A stretch of DNA of 63,570 bases, counting the filler, from Asterionella formosa (taxonomy: Eukaryota): assembly GCA_002256025.1 (NCBI GenBank). It is 11 parts of 11 records of this genome, joined end to end, with 100 filler letters (N's around TTAATTAATTAA, not from the genome) between each part and the next. Parts side by side here need not be neighbours in the genome. Positions count along the whole stretch, not along the records: positions 24,694 to 49,284 come from NKIB01002211.1; 10 more parts are not named here. One strand, 5' to 3'. The notes under the pieces were generated by a model. The model was given only the letters and a program-made list of their open reading frames with translations. It did no database searches and had not been told where the DNA came from. This document shows positions 37,294-49,384 of this stretch, one piece after another; position 1 is the first letter of the stretch; each line of letters begins with the position of its first letter. The translations under genes and the position numbers were made by a program.

Positions 37294-38405
37294 CAATTTC
37301 TTTAGACCTGAGGGGATGAAACATGTACATGCCGTTGTCATCGCCACAAAATTTGCACCACCTATGCACTATGTCACATTACATTCATGCATGGTGGGAA
37401 CGCCAAAATGGTTTTAGAATCCGTACAGAACTTATCTAACAACTTATATTTTAGACTTCGAAAATTCTGACAAGGAACTGAGTGCAAAATCTTTGTCAAC
37501 CACAATTCCTCTGTTTCTGTCATACCAGGGTAGTGAGAAAGGCAAATCTGCTATGATTTGATTAACAAAGAAATGGATACTAGCTGTATTTACACTCAAT
37601 ACTTGTGAGTTCAATGGGTCTTGAATTATATTATTCTCTTGCCTAATATATCAGAGTCATTAGTGGCCTTACCTTGCAGCACATTACCCTGGTCCCGCCA
37701 AAAAGTTGTTGTAAATTTGCTGACATTGCAATGTTACCTTGATAGATACTTGATGTGTCTGCCAAACCAATAATAAAAGAAAATTTGATTTCATACCAGT
37801 TTATTTTTTCCATTTGAGGTATTCATGTTTTTGAAATGTTTTCAGTTGGGCCTCGATTTTGCTTAAAAATGTCAGTGCAAAACTGATTTGGTACTTACTA
37901 TTGTGTTGACAACGAGGTTACAAAGGCGACTCATTGTGCGGAGAAAATATGGGTGGTCATCGAACTTAGCTTTGGGTGGCACAACCAGTAACTTTCTGGA
38001 AAAACTTACTTTGCACACACAAATCAGGCCAACATCCAGCAGAAATATACTTACCCATATGATACATTGGGACCTATAAGCAGATGGGGAGAAAATTTTA
38101 CATATTGCGGTTGGAGCATGCATGGGTAGCTCTCCGCTTAACTCAAAGCAATGCACAACTCTCAGAACTAGGTATGGAGGCAGTAGTCCACAACAACAAT
38201 CCACGAGAACGGGTTGTGAGCAGGCAAATCAAACAGGCAGTAAATATATGCAACAACTGTGGGCAAGATTGAGGAAATATGCAAATTGTGATGTGGGTTC
38301 TAGCCTTCATAAAAATAAATCATAATACATGATGCAACAGGAGAAATTAGTGATTTTTGTTGATGAGGAAAAGTTCCAATGCTTGTGTTGCACAGGCCCC
38401 CATAA

Positions 38406-38732
38406 TATTGAAATTGCGTCCCGAAGCACTCTATGCTTTCTTGTATCCTGTAAGGACACGTCAGGGACCAAATAGGCTGTAGATATGAACAACGATGTAT
38501 CCGTAATTGATTGTAATTGTTCCTAAGACTTTAGATATGAACAACGATGTATCCGTAATTGATTGTAATTGTTCCTAAGACTTTTAGTAGAATTATGGGT
38601 TTTACTGTTGGAGTAGATTGTTTTCGAATTCTGAGTTTTCTCTGGTACCATATTTTTTTTTGATTCATTCGATTCAATATGTAGTAGGTTATTTATACCG
38701 GGATTTTCTTTCCTAAAATAATTTCTCCAACA
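38406..38732 (-). repeat. 3' LTR (327 bp, contains a ~52-bp tandem duplication)
   Basis: Near-identical to 42842-43117. Preceded on the minus strand by the PPT-like CAGCAGAAGTG; one terminal dinucleotide is mutated (TG to TA on +). Confidence 0.92.
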
Positions 38733-41700
38733 CACTTCTGCTGGACACGGATGCTCACTTTGAATTCATAATTTGCTCACATAAATGAATAAATTTCGTT
38801 CCAACCAGTGGTTTCGTCATGTAGTCTGCTAACATTGCATCCGTTGGACAGTACTTGATTTTTACTTCCTTTCTTTCAATAAGATCAGTAATGTAAAAAT
38901 AATTGATGTTGAAATGTCGCATGCATTTTCCTGAACTTGCTTTTCCATTTGCTTCTAGCTTCATTGCGCTAGTGTTGTCACGGTAAATGACATTTGTAGT
39001 CACCTTATGTCCTTGTGCTTCAATAAATAGTTTCATCCACAACACCTTTGATATAATGTCATCGACACCAACCAATTCTGCTTCAGTCGAACTTCTAGTG
39101 TTCACTTTCTTATGAACAAATAATTCCGTTGCCAAGTGACAATGTAGCTCCCGTGTGACTTTTAAAATCTTTGTGTACTGCAAACGCCGCATCAACGTAC
39201 CATTTAATGCTCTGAGTGTCATCAGCACTCATAGATGCAACCTCAAACTGAGTTGTTTTCAAGAAATTCATGATCTTGACAAATTTTTCCCAATCGCCAT
39301 CATTCGGTTCTGTAGTTCGGGTTGCCAGAAATGCAATTCCTGGTTGAATGTCCTGTCTTCCTCGCTTACATAGGAACATTCCTTTCATAACAAAAGTATG
39401 AAACATTTTTGCTTTTTCATATTCAAGCTTCCTTGATTTTGTATCTTTTGTGAACAATTTATCTGTCCATGGGAATTTTCCAACACCTTCAAGTTTGTCT
39501 GGAAAATCATCAATCATTGATTTCACATATTTGTTCATGTCCTCCCTCAACACTCCTGGAAGAGAGTAATCTAGTGTCATCACCAAATAATCATGCTTCT
39601 TTGCACAAATGACCTTGACTTCGCCAATTTCGTCAGAAGCGTATTTCTTTTTGAGCCATTCCAAAAATTGATCATTCACTTTGCTGTCCACATGACTAGA
39701 TTTCAAATCGTCTACGTGCCAAGTTACTGTGTGCTGTTTGCCATTAACAATGCGATTTGCAACGCATGGATCATATGGGTTGACCTTGAATCCAATTGAC
39801 TCAATATCCTTCCGAAATTTCTTGTAATATAATAATGATGACTGTAACATGCCATATAATGCCTTGATCATAGCTACTAACATATAGGAGCTTATTGTTT
39901 CCTTCATACACAACATATTTTTCATAAGTCTCGGGGCTGAGTTCTGTCAACATATTGACAAGTAAACCTCTAATATTCATAATGATTCGCTCCCTTTTTT
40001 CTTTCTCATCGATATTCACTTGCACAAATGCATTGGGTATATCTGCAGTCATAACATTGCGATTTTGCTTTGCATCAATTGTTGCTGTTATCATAACAGA
40101 TTCAGTCATGATAGTTGGACTAGCTGCCTCATCTCTTTCCATGTATTCACGTTGCAAACTGCCATTGGCGCATGCTCTGCCTTTAATGCTCTTGTCTCTC
40201 TTTTCAACCAAAAAAATTAGACTTTCCATTACACGTCGCTTTTCGATATTGGTTAGGTCTTCAATCCTACTTGGTTCTAATACAAATCTATCATGTAGTC
40301 GTTTCATTTCTTTATACACAGTGTCTCTTCCTTTCTGGCCAAATTTCTTGAGGCCTTTCCTTAAGCTGTATGACTGAACAAAGTGAAATGCTTCTTTATC
40401 AATACACATCTCATTCATATAACACATTGTCTTTGCGATCACTTTCGCTTTGTCAGCCGTGTATTCTTCTTGACAATGTGCTTGGGTATGCAAATGATGT
40501 TGGACCATAATCCTTCGATTATTTTGCTCCACTTCAGGAACATGTTCTTGTGGGTTACGTAGTTCATAGTGACTTGAAATTCATTGGAAATTTGTTCCAT
40601 CAAAGGTCGAAACTTGTTGTCACAGTGGATTGTTGTAATTTTAAATCCTCCGGTATTATAAACACGGAATACCTGAATCAAAGCATCTCGATAGACTTCA
40701 GCTGTCTGATTCTTGACCCATTGCGTTGTCCTATACATAATGTTTCAAGAAATTGTTGTGAGAAATGATTGTCCATTCACTTTCATTCCATCCATGCAAA
40801 GAATCACCATCTCGATGTAGTCATTCACGACTGGCAGCGGCTTGCGACGAGTTGTCTTGCCTTTTAGTGTTCCAATGTCAGGTCCAAACATTTTCTCTGC
40901 ACTTTTGATATCATTGGTAGTGACTGGATTATTGTTGATTGTATTCATACTAATTATTGCCTTGAAATCATTAATCCATGGTGTACCCAAGGCATGAAAT
41001 AGATCATGAGCTCGCTTAGCTCTCTGAAATTGACGTTCAGTGAAAAATGTTTTGTTTTCTTCAACTGTATTTAACATTTGAGCATTCTCCACTTTAATTG
41101 TTGTATTTGGCTTGAAAACATATAAGTTCATCCCAATTCTTTTGAATCGAACTGGCTTGTCAGGCAAATGAACAATGAATGCATCTTCTTTCTCAGAGTC
41201 ATAGGTAATTCTGTACCCATCTGCCATTTCAGCATAACTGAGGATGTTTGTGATTGCCTTCTCATTAAATCATACTTCTCTCCATTGTGGAAGATCAGCC
41301 TTCATATTAGAGACCATGGATCCACCATTTGTGGCCAGGTGCATGCTTCCATTGGTTGACATTTGAATGTTTTCAACCATTTTTGGATCGCAAAATACTG
41401 TGACACTTGATTGATTATCCAATAGTATCCAGTCACGCATCTCAGATGTTTGGTAAAATTGTAGTTTCATGTGAGCTCCTGCCCTTTCAAATTGATTGAC
41501 ATTTGCTTGTTGTGAAGCTTGTGATGACAACGGGTTGTTGGAATTAACAGAGTTAACTGTACTTGTGTCTGATGTAGAAGCCTGTGCCTGTGCATGGCTT
41601 TGGGCCCTGTTGATAACACATTCCTCTTTGGGTTTGTTCTTGTCTTGGCACGAAGGAGATTTGTGACCTGCTCTACCGCAGCAGTAACATTTTCCTTCTA

Positions 41701-42841
41701 ACTGTGCAAACAACAAGTTCACATCTTTGTCTTCCTTCCCTGCTTCCTTTTGTTTTCTCTCTTTATCATTATCTCCTGGTTTCTTGCAGTTGGATTTATT
41801 TGTTACGTCAAACCGATGGTTGTTGAGAACATTATTTGATTCGGTGATGGTCTTTGGGTATTGATCGTTGCCAAGTGATTGTTGAGTGTTCAGCCCGGTC
41901 ATGATTGAACCATATTTGGCTTTATCTACATTATCAAGGTATAAATAGGCCATAAATTGACTGAAAGCTTGTTTGCGAAATTTATCTCGTAGCTTGATGT
42001 CAGTCTCATTGTATCCATCCATGGCTTCAACAAACTTGGTGAGGATAATGGGTCTTCCCATGTGTGACTTGAGCATATCTCATGCCACATGGAATCTTTT
42101 GGTGTAATCTTGTAGACTTTCTTCTTCCTTTTACTTTGTGAATAAAAGCGTTCTCATTGCATCTAAAATGATCAACATTGAATATCGATTTTCTTGAAAA
42201 TTTAGTGCGTGTTCTTTAATTGCCATGAGCAATGTTATTGGGTTTTTCCGATCCTATTGTAATTGGAACTTGCTTTGATCTTGTTCTTCATGGCTTTGTT
42301 GCATCTTTCCCAGAGCAACGCATATGCCTTGGTAAAATTATTTTCGTAGGCCTGTACCCTTTTACTGTAGGTGTCATAGTCAGCCTTGAAATCAATCTCA
42401 TATTGTCGATTCTCTGCAGCACGATCTTCTTCTGTAGTTGCAATGCTCACTTGCATTCTTGGCTTCCATGCCGATGTGTTGATTGGTTCTAACAACTTGA
42501 GCGCACTTCCTATGTCGTTGCCATAGTCAAACACTTTCTTGATGTGATTGATGAGGTACTCAGTAGTAGTCTCATAATCAGATGCCTGCTTAGATGATCC
42601 GAGGTAGTAGCTAGTTATAGTCATTAATTGACTTCTTGATGGAGTGAGAAGCAATATTGCTCCCTCCCTTGGCTTGAGCTTTCTTGGTAAACTTTCCTTT
42701 GCCACTCATGATGCGCCTTGTGCGACTTCTTCAGACTCTGGATGGTCTGGTACCTTCAGATCTTGTCTCGGGACTCTCAACGGTCCACTTGTTGTTGATT
42801 GTGATGTACAGCTCTCTCTGGCCGGCTAATTCTACTAAAAC

Positions 42842-43117
42842 TGTTGAAATTGCATCCCGAAGTACTCTATGCTTTCTTGTATCCTGTAAGGACACGTCAG
42901 GGACCAAATAGGCTGTAGATATGAACAACGATGTTGCTGTAATTGATTGTAATCGTTCCTAAGAGTTTTAGTAGAATTATGGGTTTTACTATTGGAGTAG
43001 ATTGTTTTCGAATTCTGAGTTTTCTCTGGTACCATATTCTTTTTTTGATTCATTCGATTCAATATGTAGTAGGTAATTTATACCGGGATTTTCTTTCCTA
43101 AAATAATTTCTCCAACA
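42842..43117 (-). repeat. 5' LTR (276 bp, TGTTG...CAACA)
   Basis: TG..CA termini with a short inverted repeat; matches the 3' LTR. Confidence 0.93.
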
Positions 43118-46100
43118 CATAACACCATTCGTCAATTGCCTTTTTGCCAATATTTGCCATCTTTTTTTTTCAACTAATTGAGTTTTTGGAATCTATTTTG
43201 GAGGGGAACATTTAGCTAAAACAGTATGATCTCAACAAGGCAATCACTTTATGCATACATGAGATGCAATACCCTGGTTGAGAGGATGGAACCACAGGCT
43301 CAATCTCCACGGCATAATCACTGGACAATTTTGAAAAGGGCTTCAAAGTTGTGGTGGAAAAGACTTCACATCATCTCCTAGTAGTGGAGTTTATCTCGGC
43401 CACTACAGGGCCATACTCAAAGATGATCATATATGCATGGTCTACACCACTCTCTTTTCTATTCGATTTGAATTCGGAATACCCTGGACAGATGACTTCA
43501 AGTGCTCTGATCATACTATAGTAAGTCAAAGGGAAGCTGATAATCGATAAGCCACAGGTAGATACAGTTAATTGATGCAGACCTAAACATGATGCTCATG
43601 ATCATCTAGCCAGCGCTTGAATCCTCACAGATCTAAGGACAAAAAGACAATCTCTAGTTTGCATTGCGGATCACGCCCAAAATCGGTCATCAATGGAAGC
43701 AATGCTAAATGAAAAGATTAACTTATGATGGCATCCGCATTTTCATAAGGGTGACAATAATATTTGATAATAACTGCAAAGATGATTTCGATTGCATGGT
43801 TCCATCCATGGGAGGATTGCACGTCGCTATTTGGGTGCCAGCAAAATGGCAGTTGACACTTTATTGATTGCATTAGAGAAGACTTCATATCGCAGGTAAA
43901 CCGCAATGGAGATATCCAAAGATTACTAAGCAATAAAATGTATCATACTTGGAGCAATTTCTAAAAAATCGCAGAGCTTACAATCACTAATCTTAACAAC
44001 ACACTTCAACTCCAACACGCTGTCGAAATATGTGGATGATACTGAAATCTTGCTTTCTCCTCTGGACAGTGGAACAATCCATGATTTGGGTCAAGACAAG
44101 CAACATGATATTGCTCAGTTTTGGGAGCAGCTCCTCTACCGCACTGGTGGGAGTGCATTGGCACTCGAGAAATGTTTATATACAATGGATTGTACCAGGA
44201 GGCGCTGGATTTATCCATTCAACCACTCAAATCCTGGAGTAACAACAACATTCACAAATTAATACCTGAAAAGACTAGAAGGAAGGTCCTCACAATTTAT
44301 GAGCTCGGTTGCCGCCACATGGTAGCAATTGGGATGAACTGGCCACATTAATTTTTAAGCGACGCATACTGACGAATCAAAACATGTCAGCAGCGAACTT
44401 GCGATGGGCGGAGGTTATGTTGGCTTACAAAGTTATCCTAAGACCATTCATGAAGTATCCCTTGTGTGGGTCCACTTTCACCTTCACCAAAAGTAAGCAA
44501 ATTGACAGGTCAAATTTCTAGCCTACCTTTTTGAAGCACATGGGTTTTCATTAAATGGAAAAACGCATCCTCCTCTTTGGACCTTTATCACTGCGGTGCA
44601 TGGCTTCACAAATAACTACGTACACCAATCAGGGAATACTACAAGCTCAGATCATGTTGAGCTACCTTTGCCATCAGGGTGAAAAGCTGCTCTGTATTTG
44701 TACTTGTATTCACTTTGTTATACTCACATTTATACTTAGCGAAAAAATTCCAAACAAAGAAGAATTGCCATTGAGGACACATGAACCATAAGCCCCCACA
44801 TGGAATTTGGTGTGAATCTAAAGCAAATTAGGACATATACACACTTGAACTTGCCTCCGAAGATGCTAAAGTGGCTGAATGCATGCTGGATGCACCTTTG
44901 GGTGATCACGGTTGTAGACACAAGTGATGATACAAGCTCTCTTATATAACAGCTAACATCTTTAAGGTTCATAGAGGCACAGAGTAAGTCTACCATACAA
45001 ATGCCCACACCAGTACAATCCTTCTCCAACTGCATGGACACGCTGGCGAAAAACCTTGGGCATGACTTTGTGAAACCTTTGAACAGGGAAACTGTGGACA
45101 CCTTTGGGACAATGGCTGCATATTCCGCCAGTTCATGAGAGATGGAAGTTTTATTTAGTTTCGTCACAACATCGCCTTATTGAAGTCTCAGGGAGTTGGA
45201 TGCAGGTTCAAGGTAAATGATCAAGCAAACACTCTCTATACTGTTAAGATGGCCGACACAATGAATTTTCGCTGACCAATATGGGTGCATACAGTCACTG
45301 TCATGGTGCAATCATCGTGAGAGAAAATTGAAACAGTAGGAACATTCTAATAAATACCCATGCATGAACAACCTCGTCATCTGTTGAGATTTTCTACTGT
45401 TAGTACAGCATACATGCTATCATACTTTCCCACGACATCTCAATAGGGTGCAATAGTTGATTATTCTCTTCCAACCTAGTTATTGAAGTTTATCACTTCA
45501 TTACTCAAGTGCCAGATGTGGTTCTGGCTTCTGACGGCTCCATCCTGGGGACAATGTGGTATGTGACCCAGAGATGGAAATTACATGACCCCTGAATGCT
45601 CACTAGTAGTGTGTTTGAACATGGCCTAGTCATGGGAGGTGGGCATCCCGTGTTCTTTCTGGCCAGAATTGGGTGGTTTCCTGGCTGGGAGGCCTGGTTG
45701 CCCTACAGTTGTCAGGATAAAACAAGTAGGTTCTGAGTAATTATAGTGAATTGGTAAGTAGTGTAGAGAATTGGTAATTAGGTAATAAATGGGTAATTAT
45801 GAGCTTATACGAGCGATTAGTGTATCTATACTAACTCATTGTTAAAGGGACTCATAAGGGCCTCAATGAGAAAGGGATTCACAAGGGCCTTAATGAGAAG
45901 GTTCTTAGATGTCAAGAGTCCATACTAGGTGTTTTGTTTTATCCTAGCATTGGTACCAGGGTACAACTATTCTAGAGGTACATTCACTGAACATATGTAG
46001 CTGCGGGTAAAGCATAATGCAACATGTACTACGAGCTACATACTAGTAATAAACTCTCTATCCTTATACAACTACCGGTAAGCCGTTGTGTCGGCAAATG

Positions 46101-46611
46101 CTTACCACAGTGTCTCCTAGTCTACCGGTACTGGAAGCAAGCAGTCATTCCACAGATCACAACAATCAATCATGTGCTTACCGGTAACAAAGGGCTGCCG
46201 GTACTCAGGAGTCAACCGTTAGCAACTATATTATTTAACCAAGGGATGAAAGAACAAACCAGGAAAGGCACATGTATTCCAACGGCTGACAGAATCCACC
46301 CAAATATCGTAGTATTGCACCTTCAGACTGTCCATTTCAAGCAAGATGTAGCTATCCCATAAAAAGCCGGCCACCATCCGTTGAAATTTCTTCGTTTAGA
46401 ATCATAAGTTCCCCCTTAAAATCATATTACATAGCCGGTTTTTGCTGGCACTACTGGCCGGTAGTCGAAAAGATCTTCGTCTATATTTCATTTAACCGCC
46501 ATGATTGCTTACGTGTTTGTAGGATAAGGAGTCGCACTGAATGTGTGGAAGCAATCGCCGTACCTGTCGATTACATTTTAACCTGGGTTCTTGCTCCTTT
46601 CTTCCGCAACT

Positions 46612-47340
46612 ATGAAGCTCAGTTTAGCGCTTCTTGGTTTTGTTCCTTTTGTGATCTTATCCACGGTAGGATCGTCCAGAGCTGTGGAAGTCGAAATCGA
46701 TGAAAGATTCCTTCAGGATCGCGATGTCACACTTTCGGAACTTGCTGGGCACTCAACTTACGCCACTGGGCTCTGGACAGCTCTTAAAGGTATCGTCTAC
46801 GATGTCACAAACTTTCAACATCCCGGCGGGCTAAAAATTTTGGAAGCTGGAGGAATAGATGGGACATCACTCTACCGCGGTCAAAGCGCTCACGTTTATA
46901 AGTTGTCTTATGTGGTCAGCACCAATGCTGACATTATCCGTATTGGTCCACTGGTGGGTTCTCCAGTTATGGCTCCAGTCAATATCCTAGTCACATCAGC
47001 ACCAGTCGATGCTACCTCCGGTGGAGCTAATCCTCCTGTGGACCCACCAGTCACGTCCGCACCAGTCGATGCAACATCAGGTGGAGCGAATCCTCCGGTG
47101 GTCCCTTCAGTCAAACCCACAGTTGATAATACAGCGGCAGCACCAGTCACCTCGGCTCCTGTATTTCCTTCCCTTGAACCTCCCGTCACATCTGCTCCAG
47201 TGGATGCATCTGCAGTAACCCCATCTCCAGTGAAAGCTCCATCTCCGGTGAGCGTTCCACTTACTTCTGCCGTTTCCATCAATATGCATGTGATCCAACA
47301 AGCCGTCTTGCTTATTTCATGCATGATCGCGTTGTTCTAG
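46612..47340 (+). CDS. Secreted, putatively GPI-anchored cytochrome b5-like protein with Pro/Thr/Ser-rich repeat stalk
   Basis: Signal peptide MKLSLALLGFVPFVIL; b5-like VTLSELAGH..LWTALKGIVYDVTNFQHPGG..GGIDGT..AH; repeats (P)VTSAPVDATSGGANPPV; hydrophobic C-terminus after small residues (TSAVS). Confidence 0.8.
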   Translation: MKLSLALLGFVPFVILSTVGSSRAVEVEIDERFLQDRDVTLSELAGHSTYATGLWTALKGIVYDVTNFQHPGGLKILEAGGIDGTSLYRGQSAHVYKLSYVVSTNADIIRIGPLVGSPVMAPVNILVTSAPVDATSGGANPPVDPPVTSAPVDATSGGANPPVVPSVKPTVDNTAAAPVTSAPVFPSLEPPVTSAPVDASAVTPSPVKAPSPVSVPLTSAVSINMHVIQQAVLLISCMIALF

Positions 47341-47843
47341 TCAGGTATTTGGAGACCTATTTGTTGACACAGGTACGGGAATGGCAAGCTCTGTTTGATT
47401 GGATTCTTTTACAGGAAATTCTTTTAAAATACAACGTAGTCGAAACCAATTCAATCATAGATTATCAGGATTTGCTTTTATTGAGATCTTGATCCATGGA
47501 TTGTACAATTTCTTATCAAATGCATTTCTTAAAAAGTTCGAGTGAGTGGAGGTTGCCAATTGAGGCAAATTCGTTCAAGGTAGAGCAATTTAAATGGTTA
47601 CACTTATGGGGTAAAGGGAAGGGGAAATTATCAAAAGTAGACATAGTATCACCAAAAGTTTACTGGTGTTTCTGTATACTGATTGAAGATACCCTTGCAT
47701 GGCATTGACATATCTGAACACATGCAATATAATAGGAACTTAATTTATTTGGAGCCTTATAGGACTACTCACTTATTAATAGCGCAGCCATCATGGCGCT
47801 TCCTTGCATAATCAGATTGAAGATACCCTTGCATGGCATTGAC

Positions 47844-48014
47844 TGTTGAAATATATGGCGCTACTTTAGCGCGCTCCAGTACTGCCCTGGAATGACCGGT
47901 CAAGATCTTTATCACGCCGCTCGTCTGCAGATTCTTCTGCTATATAAATCCTGTCTATTTCCGTTTAGACATTCCTCAGACTACCTAGTCTGCGGACACC
48001 TGTCGACATCAACA
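47844..48014. repeat. Possible short solo LTR (TGTTGA...TCAACA)
   Basis: 6-bp inverted termini and an internal TATATAAA; no matching TSD seen. Confidence 0.4.
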
Positions 48015-48036
48015 GCCTAACAGACACATTCTGACA

Positions 48037-49284
48037 TGTTGAAATGGTCCGTACTCCTTCCCGCGGGTTGGGTCTCTCTTCACGTAGACTCTTACGTGAT
48101 CGTAGTACTACCTAGTATCACTTACTTTCTCTCTTGTCTCTGCTTCTAGCCTTCCTGCTAGATAGACTAATTGACCTTCCTGTCAATTAACACACTGTTT
48201 CCTCGGTTGATAATCTAAAACTCAAATTAAATTATAAGCTAAACTAACTGTTTCCTTCCCATGCATCTTTGCTTCCTGCAAAGTCGTTCTAAGACTCTCT
48301 TCGAGTTTCCACTTGACATTTCCTTAGAAATCTTCAATCTCTGATCTCGTTAGACAGCTGATTGACGTGGCAATGCAATATTCGACTCGTTCGATTACAA
48401 TCGAGTCCACAATCCTTGTGACTCGGGCTAATATTCTTGACATCCTCCCCATTGCCACGCTCAAGAGGCTGTAACATCGTTCCACTCTGAACTGATTCGG
48501 ACAATCTCGTATGAATCTGTTCCTTCACGTTCTTGGTCATAATGTCCGCGAAATTATCTTCCTTGATAACATTTTTCATATACTCCACTGCACTTGGAGT
48601 CCCACATACAATACCGTCATCCACGTAATAAACAAGTAGACAATCAATTTGTCCATCCTTGTTCCAGTGCATAAATAACATAGAATCGATCTTGCTCTTC
48701 ATCATACCTGGTTTATTGGTGACACATTTCGCAAACGTCCTGGACCAGCATCGTGGAGCTTGTACTATCCCGTACATAGCCTTCACAAGCTTGCAAACAT
48801 GTGTATCGGAATCGACTCTGATCAAACCTTGAGGGGGCTCAATATAAATGTCCTCATCGACGTCAGCATTTAGAAATGCTGCTTCCACATCAATAGCCTC
48901 CGCTCGCCAACCGTTGTACATCGTCACTGCGAGTACCGTTTTGATTGTCGCATCGCTTGCAACTGGAGCAAATGTCTCAGTAAAATCGACACCTGGGATT
49001 TGCTCATATCCATTCACGACCAATCTTGCCTTGTAAATGGTCTTCCCGGTTAACACATCTTCTTTAATTCGAAACACCCATCTCGTTTTTAGTGTTCGCT
49101 TCTTAACAGTATCACGTTTGACAACTTTCCACACTCCTCTCGACTGGATGTTTTCATTTTCTTTGTTGATCGCCTTGATCCACTCTTTCTTGTCTGGTCT
49201 TGCCATTGCTTCATCGTAGCTTGTTGGTAATCCTGGATCAGAAGCCAGACTTGCGTTGCACACAAAATTCACCTGTGTATTCTT
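48037..49284 (-). mobile_element. 3' part of a second Ty1/Copia element (RT with internal deletion, PPT, 3' LTR ~48037-48442), cut by the contig end
   Basis: YKARLVVNGYEQIPGVDF, IDVEAAFLNA, YGIVQAPRCW and YVDD, jumping directly to the RNase H end DNFADIMTKN. PPT GGGGAGGA lies immediately before TGTCAAG on the minus strand. Confidence 0.88.
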
Positions 49285-49384
49285 NNNNNNNNNNNNNNNN
49301 NNNNNNNNNNNNNNNNNNNNNNNNNNNNTTAATTAATTAANNNNNNNNNNNNNNNNNNNNNNNNNNNNNNNNNNNNNNNNNNNN

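Larger units (their letters stand above)
38406..43117 (-). mobile_element. Ty1/Copia LTR retrotransposon (CoDi-type), both LTRs present, internally deleted and frameshifted, 5-bp TSD CATAA
   Basis: LTRs at 42842-43117 and 38406-38732; CATAA at 38401-38405 and 43118-43122. Gag CCHC knuckle CYCCGRAGHKSPSC, protease WILLDNQS, truncated integrase, RT ADIPNAF/WHVDD, RNase H YVDAAFAVH..SSTEAELV. Confidence 0.95.
37880..45700 (+). mobile_element. Degenerate non-LTR (LINE) retrotransposon with RT and RNase H remnants, interrupted by the Copia element at 38406-43117
   Basis: Fragments GHYRAILKDD (~43400), IQLIDADLNM (~43562), KYVDDTE (~44027, RT YxDD), AQFWEQLLYRTGG..LEKC and VLASDGS (~45520, RNase H). 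A QA..TPF-like motif is split by the Copia insertion. The left boundary is approximate. Confidence 0.7.
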
